64,000 nucleotides of DNA from Bryobacterales bacterium (GTDB lineage: Bacteria > Acidobacteriota > Terriglobia > Bryobacterales > UBA6623). Location of the stretch: contig JAPPMG010000066.1 of NCBI GenBank assembly GCA_028819215.1, positions 110,946-174,945 on the forward strand, in the 5' to 3' direction. This document shows, piece after piece, positions 18,395 to 29,055 of the stretch. The notes below the pieces were generated by a model. It was not told the origin of the DNA. It searched no databases and worked only from the letters and a program-made list of their open reading frames with translations. Position 1 is the stretch's first letter. Each line of letters opens with the position of its first letter. The position numbers were made by a program, and so were the translations under genes.

Positions 18395-19474
18395 GTGCGC
18401 CGTGGTATCGCCCTTTTGTGGCCGAAACCAGGGATTCCCTACTCTAGGCGGGTCCTCGGCTTGGGCAACCCGAGGAGTGCTTCTCTGCAAGAGTCAGCGG
18501 CGGTTTGCTCCTGCTGTGGTCACCAGCACGCCGCCAAAGCGCTGACAGCGCGCAATTATCATGAATGGAGCGTGGAACTTCCCGGCCATCGCAGGCTCTC
18601 GGTCATCTTCTGGATCGCCCTGGGCGCGTGCTTGGTCGCCTTGGCCGTCGCACTGAATATTGGCTGGCTAGTCGCCAACTGGCCGGGAGGCGTGTTGGTC
18701 GTGCTAGGCGTGCTGGCAGGGCTGACATTGGTTGCCGGACTCGTCCTGAACACAGTATTCCTAGTGCGCGAGATCCGGCGCAACGAGAAGCACGACGCCT
18801 TCATCAACGCTGTCACCCACGAACTCAAGACCCCCGTCGCCTCGCTGCGCCTATACCTGCAGACCCTGCAATCCAGGGAACTTGACGCAGACCAGCAGCA
18901 AGAGTTCTACCAGACGATGCTTTCGGACATGGATCGCCTGCAGGGCACGATCGAGCAGGTGCTGTTGGCCGGGTCCGCTCGCAGCAAGCGCAAGCGACAG
19001 CGGATACCGGTCGACCTTGGGGCCGTGGTCCAAGACTGCATCGGACGGCTGCAGCACAATTACAGCCTGCGCGATGGGGCGCTGCGCTTCCGCAGCGAGT
19101 TCGAAGAGGGTGACACGCCCATCGTGCTAGGCAACAGGGACGAGCTGGCGGCAGCCATCTCCAACCTGATCGACAACTCGATCAAGTATTCCGACGAGCG
19201 CGCCAAAGTGGACATCGAGATGTCCAGGCTGGGCTCGCGAGTCGCCGTCCGCATCCGTGACAACGGCATCGGCATCGACAGCGACGAGCTAAGGCGTGTC
19301 TTCCGACGCTTCTATCGCGTCCAGGGCACGTTCCGTCCGAAGGGCACCGGGCTGGGCCTGTACATCGTGCAATCCGTTGCCAAGCGGCATGGCGGACGGG
19401 TCTTCGGGGAGAGTCCGGGCAAGGGTCGCGGCAGCACGTTCACGATCGAACTGCCCCTGACAGCTAGCGCATGA
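18395..19474 (+). CDS. Sensor histidine kinase (HisKA plus HATPase_c), two TM segments
   Basis: H-box 'VTHELKTPVASL', N-box 'DNSIKYS', G1 'RDNGIGI', G2 'GTGLGL'. Two hydrophobic helices precede the H-box. The start is uncertain: GTG 18395 is the longest ORF, and an in-frame GTG at 18572 is also possible. Confidence 0.85.
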   Translation: MRRGIALLWPKPGIPYSRRVLGLGNPRSASLQESAAVCSCCGHQHAAKALTARNYHEWSVELPGHRRLSVIFWIALGACLVALAVALNIGWLVANWPGGVLVVLGVLAGLTLVAGLVLNTVFLVREIRRNEKHDAFINAVTHELKTPVASLRLYLQTLQSRELDADQQQEFYQTMLSDMDRLQGTIEQVLLAGSARSKRKRQRIPVDLGAVVQDCIGRLQHNYSLRDGALRFRSEFEEGDTPIVLGNRDELAAAISNLIDNSIKYSDERAKVDIEMSRLGSRVAVRIRDNGIGIDSDELRRVFRRFYRVQGTFRPKGTGLGLYIVQSVAKRHGGRVFGESPGKGRGSTFTIELPLTASA

Positions 19475-20232
19475 AACGAATTCTCATCGTCGAAGACGAG
19501 ACGAATCTCGCCAAGGGGTTGCAGTTCAACCTCGAGGCCGAAGGCTTCGCCACGCACATCGCCCCCACGGGCGAGGCCGGCCTGACGGCAGTCAAGGAGA
19601 GCCCGGCCTTTGACGCCCTGCTCGTGGACGTGATGCTTCCCGGCATCGACGGCTTCCACCTGGTCCGCGAGCTGCGGTCGCGGGGCTGCTTCGTCCCGGT
19701 GATGATGCTGACGGCGCGCCGCCGCCCGCAGGACATCGTCGAAGGGCTGGCGGCCGGAGCTGACGACTACGTGCCCAAGCCCTTCGAACTGGCCGTGCTG
19801 CTGGCCCGCATCCGCGGCCTGCTGCGCCGACACCGCTGGAGCGCCGGCGAGCAGGTGCAGTCCGTGCCGGACAGGTACGAATTCAACGGCAGGACCGTGG
19901 ACTTTGCCAACCAGCGGATCGAAGTGGGGGGCGAGTCACGCAGCCTGACTCTGACCGAGGCCAAGTTGCTGCACTATTTGATCGCTCACGAAGGCCGTAC
20001 CGTCTCTCGCAAGAACCTGCTCGAAGACGTCTGGGGCGTGCGGGAGGACACCGACACGCGAGCGATCGACAATTTCATCGTCCGCCTGCGCCGATCCATC
20101 GAGCCGGACCCGGCCAAGCCGCGCCACTTGGTTACCGTGCGCGGCCTCGGCTACCGCTTCGTGGCCGAGCCCGGTCCGGGCCTCAGTCGTCGTCTGTCGG
20201 GAGCGGCAGCGAAGCACTTTCGCCGTTCGTGA
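19471..20232 (+). CDS. OmpR/PhoB-family response regulator (REC plus winged-helix)
   Basis: 'MKRILIVEDETNLAKGL', phospho-acceptor context 'LLVDVMLPGIDG', C-terminal 'VRGLGYRF'. ATGA start/stop overlap with the kinase gene. Confidence 0.9.
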   Translation: MKRILIVEDETNLAKGLQFNLEAEGFATHIAPTGEAGLTAVKESPAFDALLVDVMLPGIDGFHLVRELRSRGCFVPVMMLTARRRPQDIVEGLAAGADDYVPKPFELAVLLARIRGLLRRHRWSAGEQVQSVPDRYEFNGRTVDFANQRIEVGGESRSLTLTEAKLLHYLIAHEGRTVSRKNLLEDVWGVREDTDTRAIDNFIVRLRRSIEPDPAKPRHLVTVRGLGYRFVAEPGPGLSRRLSGAAAKHFRRS

Positions 20233-21016
20233 TCCCAACCGCCCAGCGGAAGGCTTCCAACCACATCTTCTGGATGTCGGGGTTGTCCCAGACTTCGGGA
20301 CGGTGCCCCAGCAGGCAGGTGAAGACCCGCCCCTTGCCGAATTCCCGCACCCACGCTAGCGCGAAGTCTCCGTCGGTGCGCTGGACACCCTTCTTGGTCA
20401 TGTCGACGCTCGAAGTGTCCATCCCCATCAGCACGCGTACCTTGGACCTGTCGTAGCGGCCCAACTGATAGATCTCGTCGGTGATCTCGAACTCGGCCGG
20501 GAAGTGGCGGCTGATCGGATGCGTGCGGTCCTCCACCCGAACCCGAATCTTCTGGTGCCAAGGATGGTTGATGAACGCCCCTCCCACCATGTCGATGTAC
20601 TCCGGCCAAGTCTCTCGAAACGAGTCTGTGCCGCTGTGCACCGCCAGGATCGCCTTGCCATCTTCCTTCACGAAGCGCATCAGGTCAGCCTTCTGCTCCT
20701 CGCTGACCTTGAGGTCGCCCTGCGTGTAGAACATCACGGCGTCGAAGTAGTCGAGGTTCTTGCGGTTGCCTCTCAGCCTCTGCTTGGTCATCAGTTCCAT
20801 GTCCGTGCGGAAGCGCACGTCGAACAGGCCCGTGCGCTCGCCGATCTTGGCCATGGTGAACATCGCGTGCGACACCGAGTCGTGCGCGAAGACGTCGGAG
20901 CCGCCGAGCACCAGCAAGTGCTTCCTGTCGTCAGCATCCTGAGCAGACACGGAAGCGCCGGTCGAAAGCAGCACCCCCGCCAGCGCGGTCGCTGTGATCC
21001 ATTTCCGGAGGGTCAT
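20183..21016 (-). CDS. ThuA-domain protein (secreted)
   Basis: Signal peptide 'TATALAGVLLSTGASVSAQ'. The ThuA-like core 'AILAVHSGTDSF...GGAFINHPWHQKIRVRVEDRTHPISRHFP..FEITDEIYQ' is present. Its 3' end overlaps the convergent response regulator ORF by 50 nt. Confidence 0.7.
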   Translation of the reverse strand: MTLRKWITATALAGVLLSTGASVSAQDADDRKHLLVLGGSDVFAHDSVSHAMFTMAKIGERTGLFDVRFRTDMELMTKQRLRGNRKNLDYFDAVMFYTQGDLKVSEEQKADLMRFVKEDGKAILAVHSGTDSFRETWPEYIDMVGGAFINHPWHQKIRVRVEDRTHPISRHFPAEFEITDEIYQLGRYDRSKVRVLMGMDTSSVDMTKKGVQRTDGDFALAWVREFGKGRVFTCLLGHRPEVWDNPDIQKMWLEAFRWAVGITNGESASLPLPTDDD

Positions 21017-21041
21017 GACCGCTAGTTTCGCACAAGCGGAG

Positions 21042-21788
21042 TCAGAGCCGGTTGATCAAGGTGGCGACATAGGCAGCGCCGAAGCCGTTGTCGATGTTGA
21101 CGACCGACACGTTGCTGGAACACGAGTTCAGCATGCCGAGCAGCGCCGAAAGCCCGTTGAAGCTGGCCCCATAGCCGACGCTGGTCGGAACGGCGATGAC
21201 CGGAACCGAGACCAGCCCGCCCAGCGCGCTCGGCAACGCACCCTCCATGCCCGCGCAACAGATCACCACGCGAGCGCCCTGAATGCGGTCGAGCTTTGAT
21301 AGCAGCCGGTGGATTCCAGCGACGCCGACATCGTAAATCGTGTCGACCTCATTGCCCATTACCTCGGCCGTGACGGTGGCCTCCTCCGCCACCGGGATGT
21401 CGCTAGTACCGGCGCAGACTACGGCGATCTTGGCCTTCCCGAGCTTGCTCCGCTCCGCCCATACGCGCACGGCGCCCGAGCGGGGGAAGTGCTCGGCTTG
21501 GTCGCTGAGCTCGCTCACCGCCTCGTACATCGCATCCGACGCCCGCGTGACCAGCAAGTTGGGCGAGCGCTCGAGCAGTTTCTCGGAAATCGCGCGGACC
21601 TCGTCGGGAGTCTTGCCCTGGCCCAGGATCACCTCGGGCATTCCGTGGCGCAACTCCCGGTGGTGGTCAACCTTGGCAAAGCCGAGGTCTTCGTATGGCA
21701 TGTGGCGCAACTCGCCGACCGCGTTGTCGACATCGCAGCGCCCTTCGCGCACGTCCTCCAACAGGGCCCGCAGGCGTTGGTCGTTCAT
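21042..21788 (-). CDS. larB: Nickel-pincer cofactor biosynthesis protein LarB (PurE-like AIR carboxylase fold)
   Basis: '[18 protein letters not shown]' and '[34 protein letters not shown]' are characteristic LarB/PurE-class motifs. ATGA overlap with the upstream beta-propeller gene. Confidence 0.8.
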   Translation of the reverse strand: MNDQRLRALLEDVREGRCDVDNAVGELRHMPYEDLGFAKVDHHRELRHGMPEVILGQGKTPDEVRAISEKLLERSPNLLVTRASDAMYEAVSELSDQAEHFPRSGAVRVWAERSKLGKAKIAVVCAGTSDIPVAEEATVTAEVMGNEVDTIYDVGVAGIHRLLSKLDRIQGARVVICCAGMEGALPSALGGLVSVPVIAVPTSVGYGASFNGLSALLGMLNSCSSNVSVVNIDNGFGAAYVATLINRL

Positions 21789-22792
21789 GGCCTCGCCCTT
21801 GACGGCCGGTAGGTGCCGATTTCGACGACCGGATCGGGTCCCGCCCCGGGCGGCGTGTCAATCACCTGCACGACCTTGCGGTCGCGCACCGACACGATCC
21901 AGATCTGATCTTCGTCCTGCACGCCGGCGAACGCGTGGCGGTCGTCCTTGGACAGAGAGATGGACAGCGGCGCGCCGCCCAAGGGGATCTGCGCGAGTTC
22001 CTTCAGAGTGTTGGGATCGGCGATGCCGACGGCCTCGCCGCTCTGCAGGGAGTACACCAAGAGGCCCTCGTCGTCCGTGGCGACGATGCGATTCGCGCCG
22101 GGCCCCGTGGGGATCGAGCCAATCACGGACTTGGAGGCCGTGTCGATCACGTCGATGCGACCCTCGTCGCTGCAGGTCACCCACAGTTTCGTGCCATCGC
22201 GGGACAGGAGGCTGCCCTGAGGCCCCTTGCCCACCTCGATCAGGTGCAGTTCCCCGCTCGAAGCGTGCACGGCTCCCACCGTGCCGCTAGCCGTGTTGGA
22301 GACGTATCCCCAGCCGTCCAGGCCGAACGTGACCATGTGGGGGTCCACCCCGCCATTGTCGAAGTCCCTGATCACGGCCCGCGCGTCGAGGTCGACCAGC
22401 ACGAGCCGGTCCGGATTCTCGGCCGTCACGAATGCCCGGCTTGAGCTCGGATCGAGCGCGATGCCGTGCGGGCGGTGGAACTTGCCCAGCGGCAGGGTGC
22501 CCACGCGCTTGCGCAGCTGAAGATCGATGATGGAAATCGTATTGCCGCCCGGGCCGTCATAGTCCATCCACAGCACGCCGTTGTCGGACACGTACGCGAA
22601 GCGGCCGTCGCGGGACAGCGCCACCTCGTGCGGGGTCTCGCCGACCATCACTCCTCCCACGCGCTGGCCCGCCGAAGTGTAGAAGCCTACGGAATTGTTC
22701 TTCTTTTCTACGACGAGTAGATCCGGCTCCTTGGCAGACGCCAGGGCGGCCGCGGACAGGGCGGACAGGATGGCTGGTGCAGTGGATTTCAT
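21785..22792 (-). CDS. YVTN/YncE-like beta-propeller repeat protein, secreted
   Basis: Signal peptide '[20 protein letters not shown]'. Repeated ~40-aa blades of the form 'P.G(I/L)A...D G...YV(S/T)' are present, for example '[16 protein letters not shown]' and '[16 protein letters not shown]'. Confidence 0.65.
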   Translation of the reverse strand: MKSTAPAILSALSAAALASAKEPDLLVVEKKNNSVGFYTSAGQRVGGVMVGETPHEVALSRDGRFAYVSDNGVLWMDYDGPGGNTISIIDLQLRKRVGTLPLGKFHRPHGIALDPSSSRAFVTAENPDRLVLVDLDARAVIRDFDNGGVDPHMVTFGLDGWGYVSNTASGTVGAVHASSGELHLIEVGKGPQGSLLSRDGTKLWVTCSDEGRIDVIDTASKSVIGSIPTGPGANRIVATDDEGLLVYSLQSGEAVGIADPNTLKELAQIPLGGAPLSISLSKDDRHAFAGVQDEDQIWIVSVRDRKVVQVIDTPPGAGPDPVVEIGTYRPSRARP

Positions 22793-22843
22793 CGGGACCT
22801 ACGGACGATCGGCGGTTGTAATACGCGAGCCATTGATTGTACC

Positions 22844-23362
22844 GTGGAGACCATGGCCCAAAGTCTGAACAAAGTCATGCTCATCGGCAACCTCGGCAAG
22901 GATGCCGAGAGCAGGCAAACTCCCAGCGGCACGACAGTGACCAATTTCAGCGTGGCCACGACGGCCAGAATCAAGGACTCGGCGACTGGCGATTGGAAGG
23001 ACAAGACCGATTGGCACGATGTCGTGCTGTGGCGGGGAGAACGCGTCGCCCAGTACCTCACGAAGGGCAAGAAGGTGTTTGTCGAGGGCCGCTTGCAGAC
23101 TCGCTCATACGAGGACCGCAACGGCGAGAAGCGCTATAAAACCGAAGTGGTTTGCGATTCTTTCGGCTTGATGCTGCTCGGCGACCGCGGCGGTTCAGGA
23201 GAGGAAGGCGGTGGCGGCTATCGCCAAGGCGGGCAAAGCAGCGGCTACGGCCGAAGCGGCTCGGGCGCTGGCTCCGGCGGAGGTATGGGACAGCCGGCGC
23301 CAGCGCGCGAGCCGGCCAGCTCGCCCGAGCCGTCGCAAGATGACGACGACATCCCGTTCTAG
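22844..23362 (+). CDS. ssb: Single-stranded DNA-binding protein
   Basis: OB-fold N-terminus 'LNKVMLIGNLGKDAESRQTPSGTTVTNFSVATT', Gly-rich linker, and the canonical acidic tail 'DDDIPF'. Confidence 0.95.
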   Translation: METMAQSLNKVMLIGNLGKDAESRQTPSGTTVTNFSVATTARIKDSATGDWKDKTDWHDVVLWRGERVAQYLTKGKKVFVEGRLQTRSYEDRNGEKRYKTEVVCDSFGLMLLGDRGGSGEEGGGGYRQGGQSSGYGRSGSGAGSGGGMGQPAPAREPASSPEPSQDDDDIPF

Positions 23363-23370
23363 GCCCGCGC

Positions 23371-23374
<4 letters not shown>
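23359..23374. terminator. Short hairpin spanning both convergent stop codons (ssb / ftsH)
   Basis: CTAGGC-ccgc-GCCTAG: a 6 bp stem and a 4 nt loop. The ssb TAG (23360-23362) and the ftsH stop (complement of 23371-23373) both lie inside the stem arms. Confidence 0.3.
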
Positions 23375-25287
<1,913 letters not shown>

Positions 25288-25352
25288 TTCGTTGAATCCT
25301 TGTCTGCTGCGTTGCCGGCCACTACGTTAGACGCATCGAGCGGCGGTTTCGG

Positions 25353-26747
25353 CTACCAGCCCGCCTCGTCAGCCCCGAACTCTTCCACGATCAGCGCCCG
25401 CCGGCTCGTCGGCCGCACCGCGAATTCGCTCGCAGGGCCAAAGGCCCGCGACCAGACGATACGACCCCCGCCCGCGTCGTCCGAAGCGACGACAGGCCAG
25501 CCCGCCCGGTTCCACGCGCTGATCCGGCTCTGCTGGAACAGATCCTTGATCTTTTTCGGCGAGTCCGAACCGGCCGGCTTGTAGCGATCCCCGTCGCGCC
25601 AGCTTCGGAGCCGTAGCGACTTCGGGACACGATCCCAGTCAAGCAATACAATTGCATCCTTATCGTACAGCATTGCTGTAGAAGCAGTTTCCAAAACGCG
25701 GGTACTAATCAAACATCTATCCGCGCCCGGCAGGGGCACTTGGCCGGGCACAGGTAGCGGCAGATCATACGCCGTGCGCTCCACGGCACCTTGGCGGCTC
25801 AGCCGAACCTGGCCGAAAGATCGCTCGCCGCGGACGCCCGGCAGTTCGACGACGCCGCTTCCGCATCGGGCGAGCACTAGGGCGCGAAGCGACTCGACAT
25901 GCTCGAATCCCAAGTTGCTGCAGCCGAGTGCAGGGTCTTTCAGCACCGCCAGCAGCACGCGACGCTGCTCAGCCACGCCAAGCGCCTGTAGCTCCTGGAC
26001 ATCCAAGATGGTCTCCCCCGACCCTTGCTCGGCGCAGCGCGAGCTCAGCTGCGCAATCCGGCGGCTCCAGAAGCGCTCTTCTTCCACCGCCCAATCCGCG
26101 GTATGCGCTAGGGCCGAATCGAGGTTCGAGTTCCATTCTCGGCGCAGTTGCGGTAACAGTCCGTGGCGCAGCCGATTGCGGGCGAAACCCGGGTCGGAGT
26201 TGGACGCGTCCTCCCGCCAATCCAGACCGCTGCGCTCGAGATACTCGAGCACTTCGACGCGCGTCACATCCAGCATCGGCCTGAAAATGCGCTCGTTATA
26301 GACGGGCCAAACGCCGCTCAGTCCGCTGCCGCAAGAGCCTCGCAATAGCCGGAAGAGCACGGTCTCGGCTTGATCGGACTGCGTGTGACCGGTCGCAATT
26401 TCCGAGCAGGAACCGTCCGCGAGGAGTTCTTCAAAGAACCGGTAGCGGGCGCGCCGGCCGGCCCGCTCGAGGTTGCCTCCGCTGAAGGCCACCTCCTCTC
26501 GGCGCACAAAGTGCTCGCAGCCCAGCTTGGCCGCGAGTTTCCGTACGAATGCCTCGTCGGCATCCGAGTCCGCGCCGCGCAGGCAGTGGTTCAGATGTAC
26601 CGCGGCAATTGTCCGTTCGGGGAACAGCGTCCGCAGCGCATGAAGGAGCGCGACCGAGTCGGCACCTCCGGAAACTGCCGCGCCGATTGTCCCGTTGCCA
26701 GTGAACATCCGGTCGCGGGCGATACGCTTGCGCAGCTTTGCGAGCAC
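25353..26747 (-). CDS. tilS: tRNA(Ile)-lysidine synthetase TilS
   Basis: PP-loop 'AAVSGGADSVALL'. A GTG start at 26747 gives the typical N-terminus 'VLAKLRKRIARDRMF..G..IGAAVSGGADS'; the ORF track extends to 26852. The tilS-ftsH order is conserved. Confidence 0.85.
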   Translation of the reverse strand: MLAKLRKRIARDRMFTGNGTIGAAVSGGADSVALLHALRTLFPERTIAAVHLNHCLRGADSDADEAFVRKLAAKLGCEHFVRREEVAFSGGNLERAGRRARYRFFEELLADGSCSEIATGHTQSDQAETVLFRLLRGSCGSGLSGVWPVYNERIFRPMLDVTRVEVLEYLERSGLDWREDASNSDPGFARNRLRHGLLPQLRREWNSNLDSALAHTADWAVEEERFWSRRIAQLSSRCAEQGSGETILDVQELQALGVAEQRRVLLAVLKDPALGCSNLGFEHVESLRALVLARCGSGVVELPGVRGERSFGQVRLSRQGAVERTAYDLPLPVPGQVPLPGADRCLISTRVLETASTAMLYDKDAIVLLDWDRVPKSLRLRSWRDGDRYKPAGSDSPKKIKDLFQQSRISAWNRAGWPVVASDDAGGGRIVWSRAFGPASEFAVRPTSRRALIVEEFGADEAGW

Positions 26748-26941
26748 CCACTCACTGTAGACGACTACGTATCCGACCGACTTAGGCTCGCTCGGCTCGA
26801 ACGGACTGGACAGGGCCGGGAACGAAGCTACGCAGTACCGGCGGAACAACAAGGGTACGAGCGCTGATTCGCTATGCCGGCTCAGCGCTCAAAGCCTCGA
26901 CAGATTCAATGCCCGCGGGCGGCACCTAGCTCAAGTGCGCC

Positions 26942-26960
26942 AACCACTCGCCGAGTGGTT
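26942..26960. promoter_or_regulatory. 19 bp perfect palindrome in a divergent promoter region
   Basis: AACCACTCG-c-CGAGTGGTT, between the tilS start and the DUF4038-like hydrolase start. With a one-nucleotide centre it looks more like a dimeric protein-binding site than a hairpin. Confidence 0.25.
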
Positions 26961-27230
26961 CCCAGCTTGCCCAATCGCTCCGTCAACAAGCAAGCATGCT
27001 GATCTGCACGCACCCAGTGTAGAGGCGCTTGGTCCAGTGTCGTGGTGCCGCATCGTCTACCGGGTCTGCTCGACGACCCGCGAATCTGAGACCCGTCCCG
27101 AAATGTCGACCCTGCTTGCCGATCTCCTTCGAAAGCGCGCCAGCGGCATTGCTATAGCGAAATCTGACTAGGACTCGCACGTTTGCTGCCGTGCATCCAA
27201 GGCGCGGCCCGGTTTATCCTCTCAGAAGTG

Positions 27231-29051
27231 ATGGTTGCGATTGTTGCCCTAGCGCTTGCAGCGGCTGCGACATTGTCGGCCCAGAACATCGAGGCGTGCG
27301 AGTCTGTTCCGGTCTACGATCCGTGCGAGATCGTCGTCGAGCTCGATGCAAGCGATGCCGCCGAGCACGCGTCGCCGGCCACCGATGTCGAGCTGCGTGC
27401 CGAGTACCGTTCTCCAAAGGGCGGCCGAACCAAGGTCATGCCGGCCTTTTGGGACGGGGGCTACAGGTTCGTGCTGCGATTCTCGCCCGACTTCGAAGGC
27501 CGCTGGGACTATCGCCTCATTTCCAACATCGGGAGTTTGGACAGACACACCGGGAGCTTCGAGGCCCTGCCAGCGCAGACGCCCGGATTCATCGAGGTGT
27601 TCAACACCCGCTACTTCAAGTACCCCCTGACGAACACTCCCCATTACTGGCTCGGCGACAGCCTGCTGGGCTTGGCGGAAATACCCTGGGAGGAATTCGA
27701 AGCCCTCGCCGAGAGACGTTCCGAGCAGGGCTTCACGCACGTCCGAGTGCTAGCTGTCCCCCCGCTCAGCGCGAGCCGCAAGGCGTTCAGCGAGTCTGGC
27801 GAGCCAGACGTTGAGCACTTTCGCGCGCTCGACCGCCGCGTCGAGCGCCTGCACAGTCTCGGAATCGTGACCGATCTCGTGCTAGGCAATTCCGGTGACG
27901 AACTCGATGAACTGTTCCCGCGCTTGCGAGCGAAGGACCGCTACATCCGGTATCTATGCGCGCGCTACGCAGCCTATAGCGTTACCTGGCAGATCCTGCT
28001 GGAGTGGGAGAGCCACGAGGAGGGCGGCAAGCTGCTCAAGCAGCTCGCCAGCTCCCTCAGCAAGCACGACCCCTATTCCCATCCCATGTCAACCGGCGCT
28101 ACCGTCACCTCGGCACCACTGGCCGAAGACGGCTGGCAGGACTACTTCGTCCAGAATCGGGTCGATCCTGCGATGGCCGCGATCGAGTACGAGCTGAATC
28201 GGGCTCCGTTCGTCAACACGGGAATCGGCGTCGGAGCCAGCCCCGCATCCGCCCGCCGCCAAGCCTGGAATGCCGCGGTGCGCGGCCACTACGTGACTCT
28301 CAGCGCTGAAGACTCGTCGACGGAATCGCCTTTCGCCGAACAGATGGTGCCTCTGAAACAGTTCTTCTCGCAGTCGCGCTACTACGACCTCCAGCCGCAC
28401 TATCGGATCGTGGGCGGAGCCGCGCTGGCCTTGCATCGGGTACCGCGGTACTCGGAGCGGACCGTGGGGATCGAACACGTGGTCTACGCCGAAGAGCCCG
28501 GCCTGATCGAGCTGGTCATGCCCAAGCAGGAGTACTCGGTCAGCTGGTACAACCCGGCAAACGGTGCGTGGTTCGATCAGAAGAAGAAATTCAAGGGCGA
28601 CCGCTACCGTTCGCGCACGCCCGACGACAAGCAAGACTGGGTGCTCTACATTCGGCGCGAAGGCAAGAAACAGGACTACAACAAGTCCTTTGTCCTCGAA
28701 TCGAAGCTGCCGCGATTTCGCGAAGTGGAATTCTCGGCCTCGGAATTGCCGTTCGAGATCCAATTGCCGGAAGGCAACGAGCTGCAGGCGGGCAGGGCCC
28801 ACGAGTTCAACGCGACACTGCTCAAGAACACCATCGCGGCCAAGCGCACCGTGTGGCTGTGGATGGCCGAGGCGGCAGGCTCTGCCCGCGGCGCCCGAGT
28901 GCTGGGCACGACCCAGTCGGGCAGCTTCAGCATTCCCGCCGAACTGACGCAGTCCTACCCGACGACTCTGTCGGTTAGGGCGATCGGACTGGACGGCGCG
29001 GGGCGGCTGTTCGAAGCATTCCGAACCTACTCCCTGCAAGCTCCGGAGTAA
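27231..29051 (+). CDS. Putative secreted glycoside hydrolase (DUF5060 N-terminal Ig-like domain plus DUF4038/GH140-like TIM barrel)
   Basis: Signal peptide 'MVAIVALALAAAATLSAQ' from the ATG at 27231. 'VELRAEYRSPKGGRTKVMPAFWDGGYRFVLRFSP..EGRWDY' is DUF5060-like. 'TPHYWLGDSLLGL' matches the DUF4038 'F.LGDT.W' start. Confidence 0.55.
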   Translation: MVAIVALALAAAATLSAQNIEACESVPVYDPCEIVVELDASDAAEHASPATDVELRAEYRSPKGGRTKVMPAFWDGGYRFVLRFSPDFEGRWDYRLISNIGSLDRHTGSFEALPAQTPGFIEVFNTRYFKYPLTNTPHYWLGDSLLGLAEIPWEEFEALAERRSEQGFTHVRVLAVPPLSASRKAFSESGEPDVEHFRALDRRVERLHSLGIVTDLVLGNSGDELDELFPRLRAKDRYIRYLCARYAAYSVTWQILLEWESHEEGGKLLKQLASSLSKHDPYSHPMSTGATVTSAPLAEDGWQDYFVQNRVDPAMAAIEYELNRAPFVNTGIGVGASPASARRQAWNAAVRGHYVTLSAEDSSTESPFAEQMVPLKQFFSQSRYYDLQPHYRIVGGAALALHRVPRYSERTVGIEHVVYAEEPGLIELVMPKQEYSVSWYNPANGAWFDQKKKFKGDRYRSRTPDDKQDWVLYIRREGKKQDYNKSFVLESKLPRFREVEFSASELPFEIQLPEGNELQAGRAHEFNATLLKNTIAAKRTVWLWMAEAAGSARGARVLGTTQSGSFSIPAELTQSYPTTLSVRAIGLDGAGRLFEAFRTYSLQAPE

Positions 29052-29055
29052 GGCA

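Noticed and set aside
18288-18571. Possible cobalamin or other riboswitch in front of the TonB-dependent receptor.
   Set aside because: 'AGGGAATCCCTGG' on the minus strand superficially resembles part of the B12 element, but no B12 box (GCCACTG-type) or the expected helices were found. Part of the region may also be the kinase coding sequence.
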